Shown here one piece after another: positions 17,467-25,817 of a DNA stretch of 64,000 nt. Under the pieces are notes generated by a model. That model was not told the origin of the DNA and made no database searches. It worked only from the letters and a program-made list of their open reading frames with translations. The stretch is taken from the NCBI GenBank assembly GCA_963677815.1, contig OY782499.1:536147-600146 (forward strand), given 5' to 3'. A program made the position numbers and the translations under genes. The stretch comes from Candidatus Cloacimonadales bacterium (GTDB taxonomy: Bacteria > Cloacimonadota > Cloacimonadia > Cloacimonadales > JAFGVF01). Position 1 is the stretch's first letter; each line of letters opens with the position of its first letter.

Positions 17467-19455
17467 CTAATTTCCTGCAATAACAGTTCTTATCCAACTA
17501 TAGAGGGAGTAGATAGCCACTCCTGAAGCTGTATAATAGCTATAATCTCTTATATCTCGCCAAGTTTGAGTTTTATCTTTATAATCTAGGGCATCAACAG
17601 GGTTTGTAGTATTTTCATATTGGTCATAATAGGAATTAGCTATAATGTTAGAAGTTATAGCTCCTCCCAGAATTAAACTAGCTAGACCTGTAGATATCCA
17701 AGCTCTTCTTTTATGTTTATCATAATGATATTGTTTTGAACCTGCATAAGTTTCTAAGGGAATGGTAATCTCCTTGTGTTCATTTTCAGTAACGGTAAGT
17801 TTCCCTTGGTAGTCTAAGAATTGAGGGTGAGTAACCTTGAGGTCATAATCACCATAGAGGAGGGAAAGGAGGGCTGGGCTTTTATTCTCAGCTAAGTCAT
17901 TATCTAGATAAATATTAGCATCATTGACTGCTCGATTATTGTTGTATTTATCAACTGTTAAGAGGGAAACTGAGCCTAGTCTAGCTTGTGGTTCTAAGTT
18001 TATAACTTCTTCAGCTCCTACGATAAGATTAATCTCTTTACTGGCATCGAAATGTTTATCTCTTCTGCCTGTAATCTGGTATTTACCTGGCTCTAGATTG
18101 ATGTCCAAATTATCATTGCCCATTTTGACATCATTCAGATATATATCACATTGAGGAGCAGTAATTTTGAGACTTCCAAAGTTTTGAGTTAGGACATATT
18201 CTTTCTTAATAGTCTCATTAGCTGGGATTACTAATTCTTCTTCTACTGGCAACCATAAGTCTTGGGATATCTTGATAGTGTAAGTTCCTGCCATTAGTTT
18301 TGGGTTATGGTAGGGTAGTTTTCCAATCTCTTCTCCGTTTAGACTTAGTAAAGCATTTGGAGTAGAAAGACAGCTAATAGTAACATCTGAAAAATTGGGA
18401 ATTAAGTCTTGGCTTATATCCACTTCATCTCCATCTTGGATCTCAAAAGATTTTGTGACTTTTTGATAAGTATCTAATTCTAAGCTTAATTGGTGCTGTC
18501 CGCTTTCAAGCCTAGTCTCAAGCAAAGGAGTTTTACCAAGGACTTGGTCATCTAAGATTATTCTAGCACCAGGAGGATTTGACTTGATAGAAATCAATCC
18601 ATACTTAGGTCTAAGTTCATACTTTGCTAATCTCAAGGTCTGGTTTGAGGCAAGATTAAATGTTGCTGTTTCTGGATAAAACAAGTCTTTTTCTATAGTG
18701 ATAGTATATTTTCCAGGGAAATGACTTCCTTGATAAGGAGTTAAACCAACTCTTAATCCGTTAAGGCTAACGCTTGCTTCTTCAGGTTGAGATTCAATAA
18801 TAACTAAGCCAGGAGGGGAGAATTTCTCCTCACTTTCCCCCACTTCTAAAGATATATCAATATTTTTATCTGCTTGGGAAATATCAACTATTTTTGTCAG
18901 GGTCTCAAATCCTTCTTTAGCAAATTTAAACTGATAAGTGCCTTTGGGTAGTTTATATTGAGCATAATTGTTTTTAGCCTTGAAGGGTGCGTTGTTGTCA
19001 TAGGAAACCATCACATTTTCAGTATTTAATTTAAAAGTGATAGTTTTTAAGTCAGAAGTAATATCACGTAAACCTTCCCCCTTCTCATCAAGTGTCATTT
19101 TATATACTTTCCCACTCACTAGAGGATATGGGAAGTCATAACGGTGGTCAGCGAAACCATCTTTAGCAAGGATAATATACTTGGCCCTTTCTTTAAGCAC
19201 CACCCAGTAAGACCCACCTTTATTAATCTGAGATATTTTACTGTTCATGTTTTTAAAAAATACATCTTTTAATCCACAGTTAATAATTACTAGGGCTCCT
19301 AATTTATTTCGATTATCCATTTTTAAATTGTTATCAAGATCATACAAACCCATGTGTAGAGGTTCTTCTTCTAAATCCGATACTATTTCAAACTGAGCTC
19401 CAAAAAGTAGTGTCGCCTGTATAACCAATAAGATAAATATTACAAACTGTTTCAT
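17467..19455 (-). CDS. PEGA-domain repeat protein with signal peptide and C-terminal TM anchor
   Basis: Contains repeated PEGA-like units (e.g. PPGARIILDDQVLGKTP, EEASVSLNGLRVGLTP). It has an N-terminal signal peptide and a C-terminal hydrophobic segment WISTGLASLILGGAITSNIIA. Confidence 0.7.
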   Translation of the reverse strand: MKQFVIFILLVIQATLLFGAQFEIVSDLEEEPLHMGLYDLDNNLKMDNRNKLGALVIINCGLKDVFFKNMNSKISQINKGGSYWVVLKERAKYIILAKDGFADHRYDFPYPLVSGKVYKMTLDEKGEGLRDITSDLKTITFKLNTENVMVSYDNNAPFKAKNNYAQYKLPKGTYQFKFAKEGFETLTKIVDISQADKNIDISLEVGESEEKFSPPGLVIIESQPEEASVSLNGLRVGLTPYQGSHFPGKYTITIEKDLFYPETATFNLASNQTLRLAKYELRPKYGLISIKSNPPGARIILDDQVLGKTPLLETRLESGQHQLSLELDTYQKVTKSFEIQDGDEVDISQDLIPNFSDVTISCLSTPNALLSLNGEEIGKLPYHNPKLMAGTYTIKISQDLWLPVEEELVIPANETIKKEYVLTQNFGSLKITAPQCDIYLNDVKMGNDNLDINLEPGKYQITGRRDKHFDASKEINLIVGAEEVINLEPQARLGSVSLLTVDKYNNNRAVNDANIYLDNDLAENKSPALLSLLYGDYDLKVTHPQFLDYQGKLTVTENEHKEITIPLETYAGSKQYHYDKHKRRAWISTGLASLILGGAITSNIIANSYYDQYENTTNPVDALDYKDKTQTWRDIRDYSYYTASGVAIYSLYSWIRTVIAGN

Positions 19456-19561
19456 TTATTCCTCGTTTTCACCTAATAGTAAATTTCATTCATTATTTTC
19501 TTCCTGTTTATGTAGTCAAGAATTTAATTAATTTAAAGCTAAAAAATTGGGAAGGAAGCTT

Positions 19562-19639
19562 TTCAATCCTCAAGTTATTCTTTCCAATAGCTTATCTTTA
19601 AATAAGTCGATAAAATTTCACATCTTTACCTTTTCTTGA
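19562..19639 (+). repeat. R3 repeat, copy 1 (78 nt)
   Basis: 70 of 78 positions are identical to 39576-39653 (ttcaatcctcaagtta...atagcttatctttaaa...gtcgataa...tttaccttttcttga). Confidence 0.85.
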
Positions 19640-19768
19640 AATTTTTTCAAGATTGTTTATTGGTAACAAAGCCTCTTCTGTCGGAAGGCCTGTCTTCCCT
19701 AGCTTTAGCGAAGGGAGATGGAGATTCTCTCCGCCATCTGCGTAACCGCGGGCTGAAATCCCAATACC

Positions 19769-19897
19769 CTATGGACTGGCAGCATCTTGCTGCCAGATTA
19801 ACAGGCTTTGTAAGCCTGTTGTGGATGCAAGATGCACCCACTCCATACAATCCTTTCTCTATTTTAAATTTCTTGTTTTTATTTTTACACAGCCTGG
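19769..19897 (+). repeat. R2 motif, copy B (three-hairpin core 19769-19850 plus downstream module tttttacacagcctgg at 19883-19897)
   Basis: The sequence is ctatggactgg, then hp1 ctggcagca-tct-tgctgccag, hp2 acaggc-tttgtaa-gcctgt, hp3 gtggatgca-aga-tgcacccac, then the tail ccactccatacaa. Confidence 0.8.
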
Positions 19898-19934
19898 CCC
19901 GTCTTCCCAGTTAGGAAACAGCTTCTTTACTTTT

Positions 19935-19990
19935 AGATTGTTACTTACTCATTAAATCATTGGCATTTTATCGAGAGAGTAACAATGAAG
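19935..19990 (+). repeat. R4 hairpin repeat, copy 1
   Basis: agattgttacttactc-attaaatcattggcattttatc-gagagagtaacaat aligns with 62114-62174 and with the reverse complement of 48603-48666. Confidence 0.65.
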
Positions 19991-20149
19991 AGACAGGAAA
20001 TAAGGCAAGTGAGTGATACTGAATCAAGCCTTACCCAAGTGAAAAAGCAACTAAAGGTGATTAAATTGCATTCTAGAGATATAATCTTGACATATCATAA
20101 GCTCTAATCTTTCTATTCAGAACATATAAATAAAATAAAGGGGCACAAA

Positions 20150-22849
20150 ATGAAAAAACATTTATTAATCCTAATAGTGTTTGTTTTTGTTGTAGGTCTA
20201 GTAGCTCAGAGTGTAATAACTCCTCAAGGTAGTGGAACAGAAACTGATCCTTATCAAGTTACTAGTTATGAAAATTTAAATTGGATAACTTCTCGAGCAG
20301 ATGATGCTCAAGTACCATTCTTAGACAGATTGTCTGCTTATTATATCCAAACTGAAAATATTGAATTCCCAGCTGAAATATCAGAATGGGATAACAATCA
20401 AGGGTTTCTTCCTATTGGTTACGGAACACTATCCGAGTCATTTCCATTCTCAGGCTATTATGATGGTCAAGGACATACACTTTCTAACCTATATATTAAT
20501 AGACCTTCTGAAGATGGAATTGCCTTATTCGGTCTTTTGATTACAGGAACTGTTATGAATCTTGGACTTGTAGATGTTGAGATAACAGGGTCATGGGGTG
20601 TTGCAGGTATTGTTAGTGAAATGGATACTAACTCTCTTGTTGAAAACTGCTTTGTAACAGGTGACCTTATTGGTGAATCATTTGTTGGTGGTATTACAGG
20701 ATATAATTTTGAATCTGAAATTAGTAATTGCTATTTCATAGGTAGCTTAGATGCACTTGAAGGTCTTGCTGGCATTGCTGGTTTTAATGATACAGCAGTT
20801 ATTACTAATTCTTATGCTGTAGCTACTGTCACTGATACAGATTACGCTGGAATCATTACTGGCTTAGCTGATGGTGGTTCTATCTCCAATACTTTTTGGG
20901 ATAATGACCTAGCTAATGGCATTGCTGGTATTTTTGAAATCTCTGAGAGCGAAATTGTTAATACTGTAGGTAAAACTACTGAAGAAATGAAAAGCCAAGC
21001 TACTTTCACAGATGCAGGTTGGGATTTTACAAGTCTATGGCAAATAAATGAAAATATTAATGCATCTTACCCATCTTTCCAGTGGCAAGAAACTAGCAAT
21101 ATTACCGACCCTACTTTACCTCCAATGAACCTAACAGCAGATGTTAATGCTTCTAATGTTGTTCTTAGCTGGGAAGAGCCATTAGATTTATCTCAAGGTG
21201 CTTGGATTACTAAAGCTGCTGAAGAAAATAATGATGGTATTGGAGTTAATGGTCCAGCAGAATTTGGTGTTGCTCATAAGTACACTGAAGAAGAATTACT
21301 TGTTTATCAAGGTTTAAATATCTCTTCAATTAAATTCTTCCCTCGTGAAGCTTCTGCTACTTATACTGTTTCAGTATGGGGTGGAGAAAGTGGTCAAGAC
21401 CTTCTTTATAGTCAAGAAGCTACTGATTTTGTTAATGAAGCTTGGAATGAACACCAATTAACTAGTCCTGTAGCTATTCCTACTTCAGGTCCTATTTATA
21501 TTGGTTACATGATAGATACTCCTGCTGGTTTCCCTGCTGGTTGTGATGCAGGTCCTGCTGTTGAAGGTGGAGACCAAATTCATTTCGTAGGTGAAGCTTG
21601 GGATGCTCTTTCAGCTGTAGCAACTCCTAATATCAACTGGAATATTCAAGCTTTTGTTTCACCTGAAGGTGGAGACAGAGCTACTACAAGTCCGCTTGTA
21701 AAAGCAAATAAGAATCTTAAGAATAATACCAATATTTCTGATTTCTTGGCTGGTAATTTAAATCCTGTAGTTACAAGTAGAGTAAGACTTGATAGAGACG
21801 TTACTGGATATAAAATCTATCGTGATAATGCAGAGATTGGTCAAATTGCTGCAGATATCTTAACTTACACTGATTCTAATCTTGATAATGCTACTTATAC
21901 ATATCATGTTACAGCTATGTATGGTGATTCAGAATCTGCAAATTCAAACAATGTTGTAGTAACTGTTAATGTATTAAATCCTGATGAAATAATTATTTCA
22001 GATTCTTTTGAAGATTATGCTGATTTTTCTATCCAATTTGGTGATTGGACTCTTGTTGATGGTGATTTAGCACCTACTTATGGCTTCAGTGGAACAACAT
22101 TCCCTAATGCTGAATCTATGTTTGCTTATATCGTATTTAATCCAGCTCAAACAACTCCTCCACTAGAAGACCAAGCTTACCAAGCTCCAGATGGAAGTAA
22201 ATATCTGGCTTCTTTCGCAGCTACAACTCCTCCAAACAATGACTGGTTAATTTCACCAGCTTTTTCCATAGGTACCAGTGGGGCAGTTTCCTTCTTAGCT
22301 AAGTCTATTACTAACCAATATGGTTTAGAGAAATTCAATGTCTTAGTATCACTTGGTTCAACAAACCCAAATGATTTCAATTCTATCTCCGGAAATGCTC
22401 CTATAGAAGCTCCGATTACTTGGACTCCTTATACTTATGACTTAACTCAGTTTGCTACTAACACAATTAGAATAGCTATCCAGTGTGTTTCAAACGATGC
22501 ATTTGTATTTATGCTTGATAATATTGTAATTACTTCTAATGGTATGGATAATGAAGATAGTGTTATTCCCGCTCTTTCAACTTCTTTAAGTAATTATCCA
22601 AATCCATTTAATCCACAAACTACTATCAATTACTCTATCCCAAAAGCTGGTAAAGTAAGCTTAGATGTTTATAATCTTGCAGGACAAAAGGTAAAAACAC
22701 TTGTAAATGATAGAAAAACTGCTGGTTCTCATAATGTAGTTTGGAATGGTAAAGACGATGCAGGTAATAATGTATCATCAGGCATCTATTTCTACAGAAT
22801 TACAAGTGGTAATGAAAGTAAAACCAACAAAATGATCTTGATGAAATAG
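20150..22849 (+). CDS. Secreted protein with GLUG-like repeats, a choice-of-anchor-J-like region and a T9SS (Por-type) C-terminal sorting domain
   Basis: Has a signal peptide and repeated G-rich motifs (GGITGYN, GLAGIAGFN). The C-terminus NYPNPFNPQTTINYSIPKAGKVSLDVYNLAGQKV...GIYFYRI is typical of T9SS/FlgD-Ig-like tails. Confidence 0.75.
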   Translation: MKKHLLILIVFVFVVGLVAQSVITPQGSGTETDPYQVTSYENLNWITSRADDAQVPFLDRLSAYYIQTENIEFPAEISEWDNNQGFLPIGYGTLSESFPFSGYYDGQGHTLSNLYINRPSEDGIALFGLLITGTVMNLGLVDVEITGSWGVAGIVSEMDTNSLVENCFVTGDLIGESFVGGITGYNFESEISNCYFIGSLDALEGLAGIAGFNDTAVITNSYAVATVTDTDYAGIITGLADGGSISNTFWDNDLANGIAGIFEISESEIVNTVGKTTEEMKSQATFTDAGWDFTSLWQINENINASYPSFQWQETSNITDPTLPPMNLTADVNASNVVLSWEEPLDLSQGAWITKAAEENNDGIGVNGPAEFGVAHKYTEEELLVYQGLNISSIKFFPREASATYTVSVWGGESGQDLLYSQEATDFVNEAWNEHQLTSPVAIPTSGPIYIGYMIDTPAGFPAGCDAGPAVEGGDQIHFVGEAWDALSAVATPNINWNIQAFVSPEGGDRATTSPLVKANKNLKNNTNISDFLAGNLNPVVTSRVRLDRDVTGYKIYRDNAEIGQIAADILTYTDSNLDNATYTYHVTAMYGDSESANSNNVVVTVNVLNPDEIIISDSFEDYADFSIQFGDWTLVDGDLAPTYGFSGTTFPNAESMFAYIVFNPAQTTPPLEDQAYQAPDGSKYLASFAATTPPNNDWLISPAFSIGTSGAVSFLAKSITNQYGLEKFNVLVSLGSTNPNDFNSISGNAPIEAPITWTPYTYDLTQFATNTIRIAIQCVSNDAFVFMLDNIVITSNGMDNEDSVIPALSTSLSNYPNPFNPQTTINYSIPKAGKVSLDVYNLAGQKVKTLVNDRKTAGSHNVVWNGKDDAGNNVSSGIYFYRITSGNESKTNKMILMK

Positions 22850-22873
22850 TATCAAATAAGCTTGAAATATCGT

Positions 22874-22903
22874 AGAGACGTATTGCATACGTCTCTTTTT
22901 TTT
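22874..22903 (+). terminator. Rho-independent terminator of the 20150-22849 gene
   Basis: The stem agagacgtat/atacgtctct is followed by T8. Confidence 0.9.
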
Positions 22904-22917
22904 GGCTCAATTTCTAC

Positions 22918-22975
22918 CTATGGACTGAGACCATCTCTGGTCTCAGGTGGAAGTAAGGATACTTCCACTCCATAC
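22918..22975 (+). repeat. R2 motif, copy C (minimal two-hairpin form)
   Basis: The sequence is ctatggact, then hp1 ctgagacca-tctc-tggtctcag, hp3 gtggaagta-agga-tacttccac, then tccatac. tatgga near the 5' end can pair with tccata at the 3' end. Confidence 0.8.
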
Positions 22976-23052
22976 TTTAATTTGGAGAAATACTAAAAAA
23001 TTAAAACTTGCCAAAAAAACTCTAACATTTAAATAGAGGATAGGAGGATAAT

Positions 23053-25815
23053 ATGCCAAAATTTAAGTTTCTTGATTTCAATTATAATCTGTTAAAAGTC
23101 GATGACTTTTTAGAAGCTAAAGATTCTTCAATAGTAATTTACCCTACCCTAAATAATGCAAACATGGCTCAAGCATACAGTCAGCATTCATGGCAGTTTG
23201 AAGATATCTTATATCTAGCAATAGAAGATTTTACAGACATGGTTTTACCCAGTAGTAAGATAATCTTAGAAGATGATAAGCGAGTTATCGCTTTATATAA
23301 GATGTTAACAGAAGAAGAGAAATTATTTTTTAAAATAACTGATTTCTTTGATTTTATTAAATTAGCAAACAAGATTTTCACTTTATTTGATGAATTAGCA
23401 GTTGAATTATTAGATTTCACCAATCTTATCCAAGTTTTGGAAGATACAAATTCTAATTTATTCCCTTGGCAAATTGAATATTATGATAAGATTTTACATC
23501 TTTTACAACGGTATGAATCTTGGTTAAAAGAAAGCAGTTTAGAAGACAAAATATTTCTCAAAAAAATAGAGAAGATTTCTCTTGATTATTTTAAAACATA
23601 TAAACATATCTATGTTATTAATCAATTTTATTATACTGGACTAGAAAGAGAAATTATCAGACAATTAGAAGAATTAGGAAAAGATGTTACTTTAGTTTAT
23701 CAATTACCAGAGGCTTATGTTGACAAGGAAACATTTAATGCTCAAGACTTTAAATACTCAGATTTAGCAACTTTTGCTCATAAAGATATTGAAATGAAAC
23801 TTGTTGTTGATAGAAATCATTTTACTATGATGAATTCTTTATGTAGAATTATTAGTCAAGATGAAGTAAAGCAGGTTATTGATCGGGATTTCTATGAAAC
23901 AGCTTATGGTCGTTTATTATCTAGAGATACTTTTGATATTTCTTATAGTAGGTCTTTTGTAAATAGTAAATTATATACTTTTCTGGGCATAATTCAGCAA
24001 CTAATAGAATCTATTGATTATTATAACAATCAATACTATTTGCCAATAAATGTTGTGGTCAGAGCATATTTAAATAGTGATTTCATAAATTATTTTGCTA
24101 TAGAAAATCAAGAGAATTTACTAGAAGAATTATATAACTTGAGTGATAGAGGTCTTCTCTACTGTGATATTAAGGGAGACATGGGAAAAGAAACCCCTTC
24201 ACCAGCCTTAAAAGCATCGCTTCAATCCATCTTTAGATTGTTAAAGAAGGTAAGTGAAATTAGATCAATTAATAGCTTAATCTCCCTCTTCGATGTAGAG
24301 GATGGTATTATCTTGGATAATATTTGCTCTTGGGAAGAATTAAAATACTCTAACATTAAGGAAGTTCTCTATACAGAATTAGCCAATTTAAAATCATACA
24401 CTTATAACAAACTAATAGATAATTGGTCTTGTTTATCCAACAAAGCAGAACATATAGTTATTTTTAAACTATTTTGTGATGGTTTGAAAGCTAAAAAGAT
24501 TAAGTACACTAGTGATGAAAAAAAAAAGGGAGTGAGAATAAACTCTCTGCTTGACAGCAGAAATAATAATTACGAATCACTAATCTTCTTAAACATGATA
24601 GAAGGTGTCTTGCCTACCAAGAGAACAAGTCTTTTCCTCTTTAATGAAAAACAGAGAGAAGTTTTAGGATTAAAAACCTATGAGGGTATTAGGCTAAGAG
24701 AGAAGTATTACTTTCAAAGGTTAGTTCTCACAGCTAAAAAATCATATTTTTTAGCAATTGAAAGTATCGACCAGAATATCTCAATTTCATCCTTTTTGGA
24801 AGAGTTGCCTTTAGTTAAGGATTTCAAAGCATCTATGCAAGCTGATTCTGGTTATAAGCTCTTACTGGCAGGTCTTGACCAGCAGGACAAAGAAGTTGCA
24901 GGTGATGATTTTTGGCAGATTAAACTGGATGCTCAAGATTTAGCTGATGGTAATTCTTTTGTGAAATTATCCTATACTAAATTAAGATCTTTAATGGATA
25001 ATCCATTAGCCTATCTTATTCATGATTGGGCAAGGGTGGATGAAAGGGAAATATTACAAGATGCTCAGTTAGATTATAAATTTATAGGTATTTTTGCTCA
25101 AGATTATGTTAATCATATTATAGCAAGAATAAAAGATACTTTTATAAATCAAAAAGTTTTCTACAAATTCCAATTTATGAAAGAGGATAGACTAGAAGAA
25201 ATATATGATTCTTTTCTAATAAATTATAGATTTAAAGAATACTATATTCCTCATAATTACTCTGTTACTTTTTTAACTAGAATTCTCAAAAGAGCTTTAG
25301 TTGAAGGTATGGGTTACTTTTTCAGAAGTGTGGTTCATAATAAGTTAAAACTCTCAGAAAAACACATAAACTTAATTCCTGAAGAAGGATTCTCTTACCA
25401 AAGAAAACAAAAATATAAGTCCTTTATTGAGGAGGCAGAAAATAAATATCACCTAGGGGTCAATGTAACTGGTGATGCTGATTTAAGAATAGAAAATGCT
25501 GATGATGACAGTAAAGTAGTTATAGATTTTAAGACAGGTAGATATTCAACAGATCAATTGGCTCTGTATCTTTATATTTATTACTGGGATGATGTTGTTA
25601 TGGGAAATGAAGTTAATTCAGGTATTTTTCAGATTCTTAGACAAGAGTGGAAGGGGCAAAGGACTACAGCAGAAGAGACGATAAATAAACTTAAAAATAA
25701 GATAATAGAAGTTTTAGATGAAATAGCTCTTAAGGGATTTTCTTTACCAGATGCTTCTACTAAAGCAAAAAAATTTAGCAAAATAACAAGAGCAGATTTG
25801 GCAATCAGGAGGTAA
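23053..25815 (+). CDS. addB: AddB-like PD-(D/E)XK nuclease family protein
   Basis: A 920-aa protein with a C-terminal nuclease motif (DLRIE...VVIDFKTGRY...LYLYIYY). It lies immediately upstream of a UvrD/AddA-like helicase, with a 2-nt gap. Confidence 0.65.
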   Translation: MPKFKFLDFNYNLLKVDDFLEAKDSSIVIYPTLNNANMAQAYSQHSWQFEDILYLAIEDFTDMVLPSSKIILEDDKRVIALYKMLTEEEKLFFKITDFFDFIKLANKIFTLFDELAVELLDFTNLIQVLEDTNSNLFPWQIEYYDKILHLLQRYESWLKESSLEDKIFLKKIEKISLDYFKTYKHIYVINQFYYTGLEREIIRQLEELGKDVTLVYQLPEAYVDKETFNAQDFKYSDLATFAHKDIEMKLVVDRNHFTMMNSLCRIISQDEVKQVIDRDFYETAYGRLLSRDTFDISYSRSFVNSKLYTFLGIIQQLIESIDYYNNQYYLPINVVVRAYLNSDFINYFAIENQENLLEELYNLSDRGLLYCDIKGDMGKETPSPALKASLQSIFRLLKKVSEIRSINSLISLFDVEDGIILDNICSWEELKYSNIKEVLYTELANLKSYTYNKLIDNWSCLSNKAEHIVIFKLFCDGLKAKKIKYTSDEKKKGVRINSLLDSRNNNYESLIFLNMIEGVLPTKRTSLFLFNEKQREVLGLKTYEGIRLREKYYFQRLVLTAKKSYFLAIESIDQNISISSFLEELPLVKDFKASMQADSGYKLLLAGLDQQDKEVAGDDFWQIKLDAQDLADGNSFVKLSYTKLRSLMDNPLAYLIHDWARVDEREILQDAQLDYKFIGIFAQDYVNHIIARIKDTFINQKVFYKFQFMKEDRLEEIYDSFLINYRFKEYYIPHNYSVTFLTRILKRALVEGMGYFFRSVVHNKLKLSEKHINLIPEEGFSYQRKQKYKSFIEEAENKYHLGVNVTGDADLRIENADDDSKVVIDFKTGRYSTDQLALYLYIYYWDDVVMGNEVNSGIFQILRQEWKGQRTTAEETINKLKNKIIEVLDEIALKGFSLPDASTKAKKFSKITRADLAIRR

Positions 25816-25817
25816 CA

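Noticed and set aside
19636-19914. Track ORFs 19636-19914 (+) and 19647-19850 (-)
   Set aside because: Mutually antisense ORFs over the GC-enriched R2-B island are an artefact of locally higher GC in an AT-rich genome. They have no RBS and no recognisable protein features.
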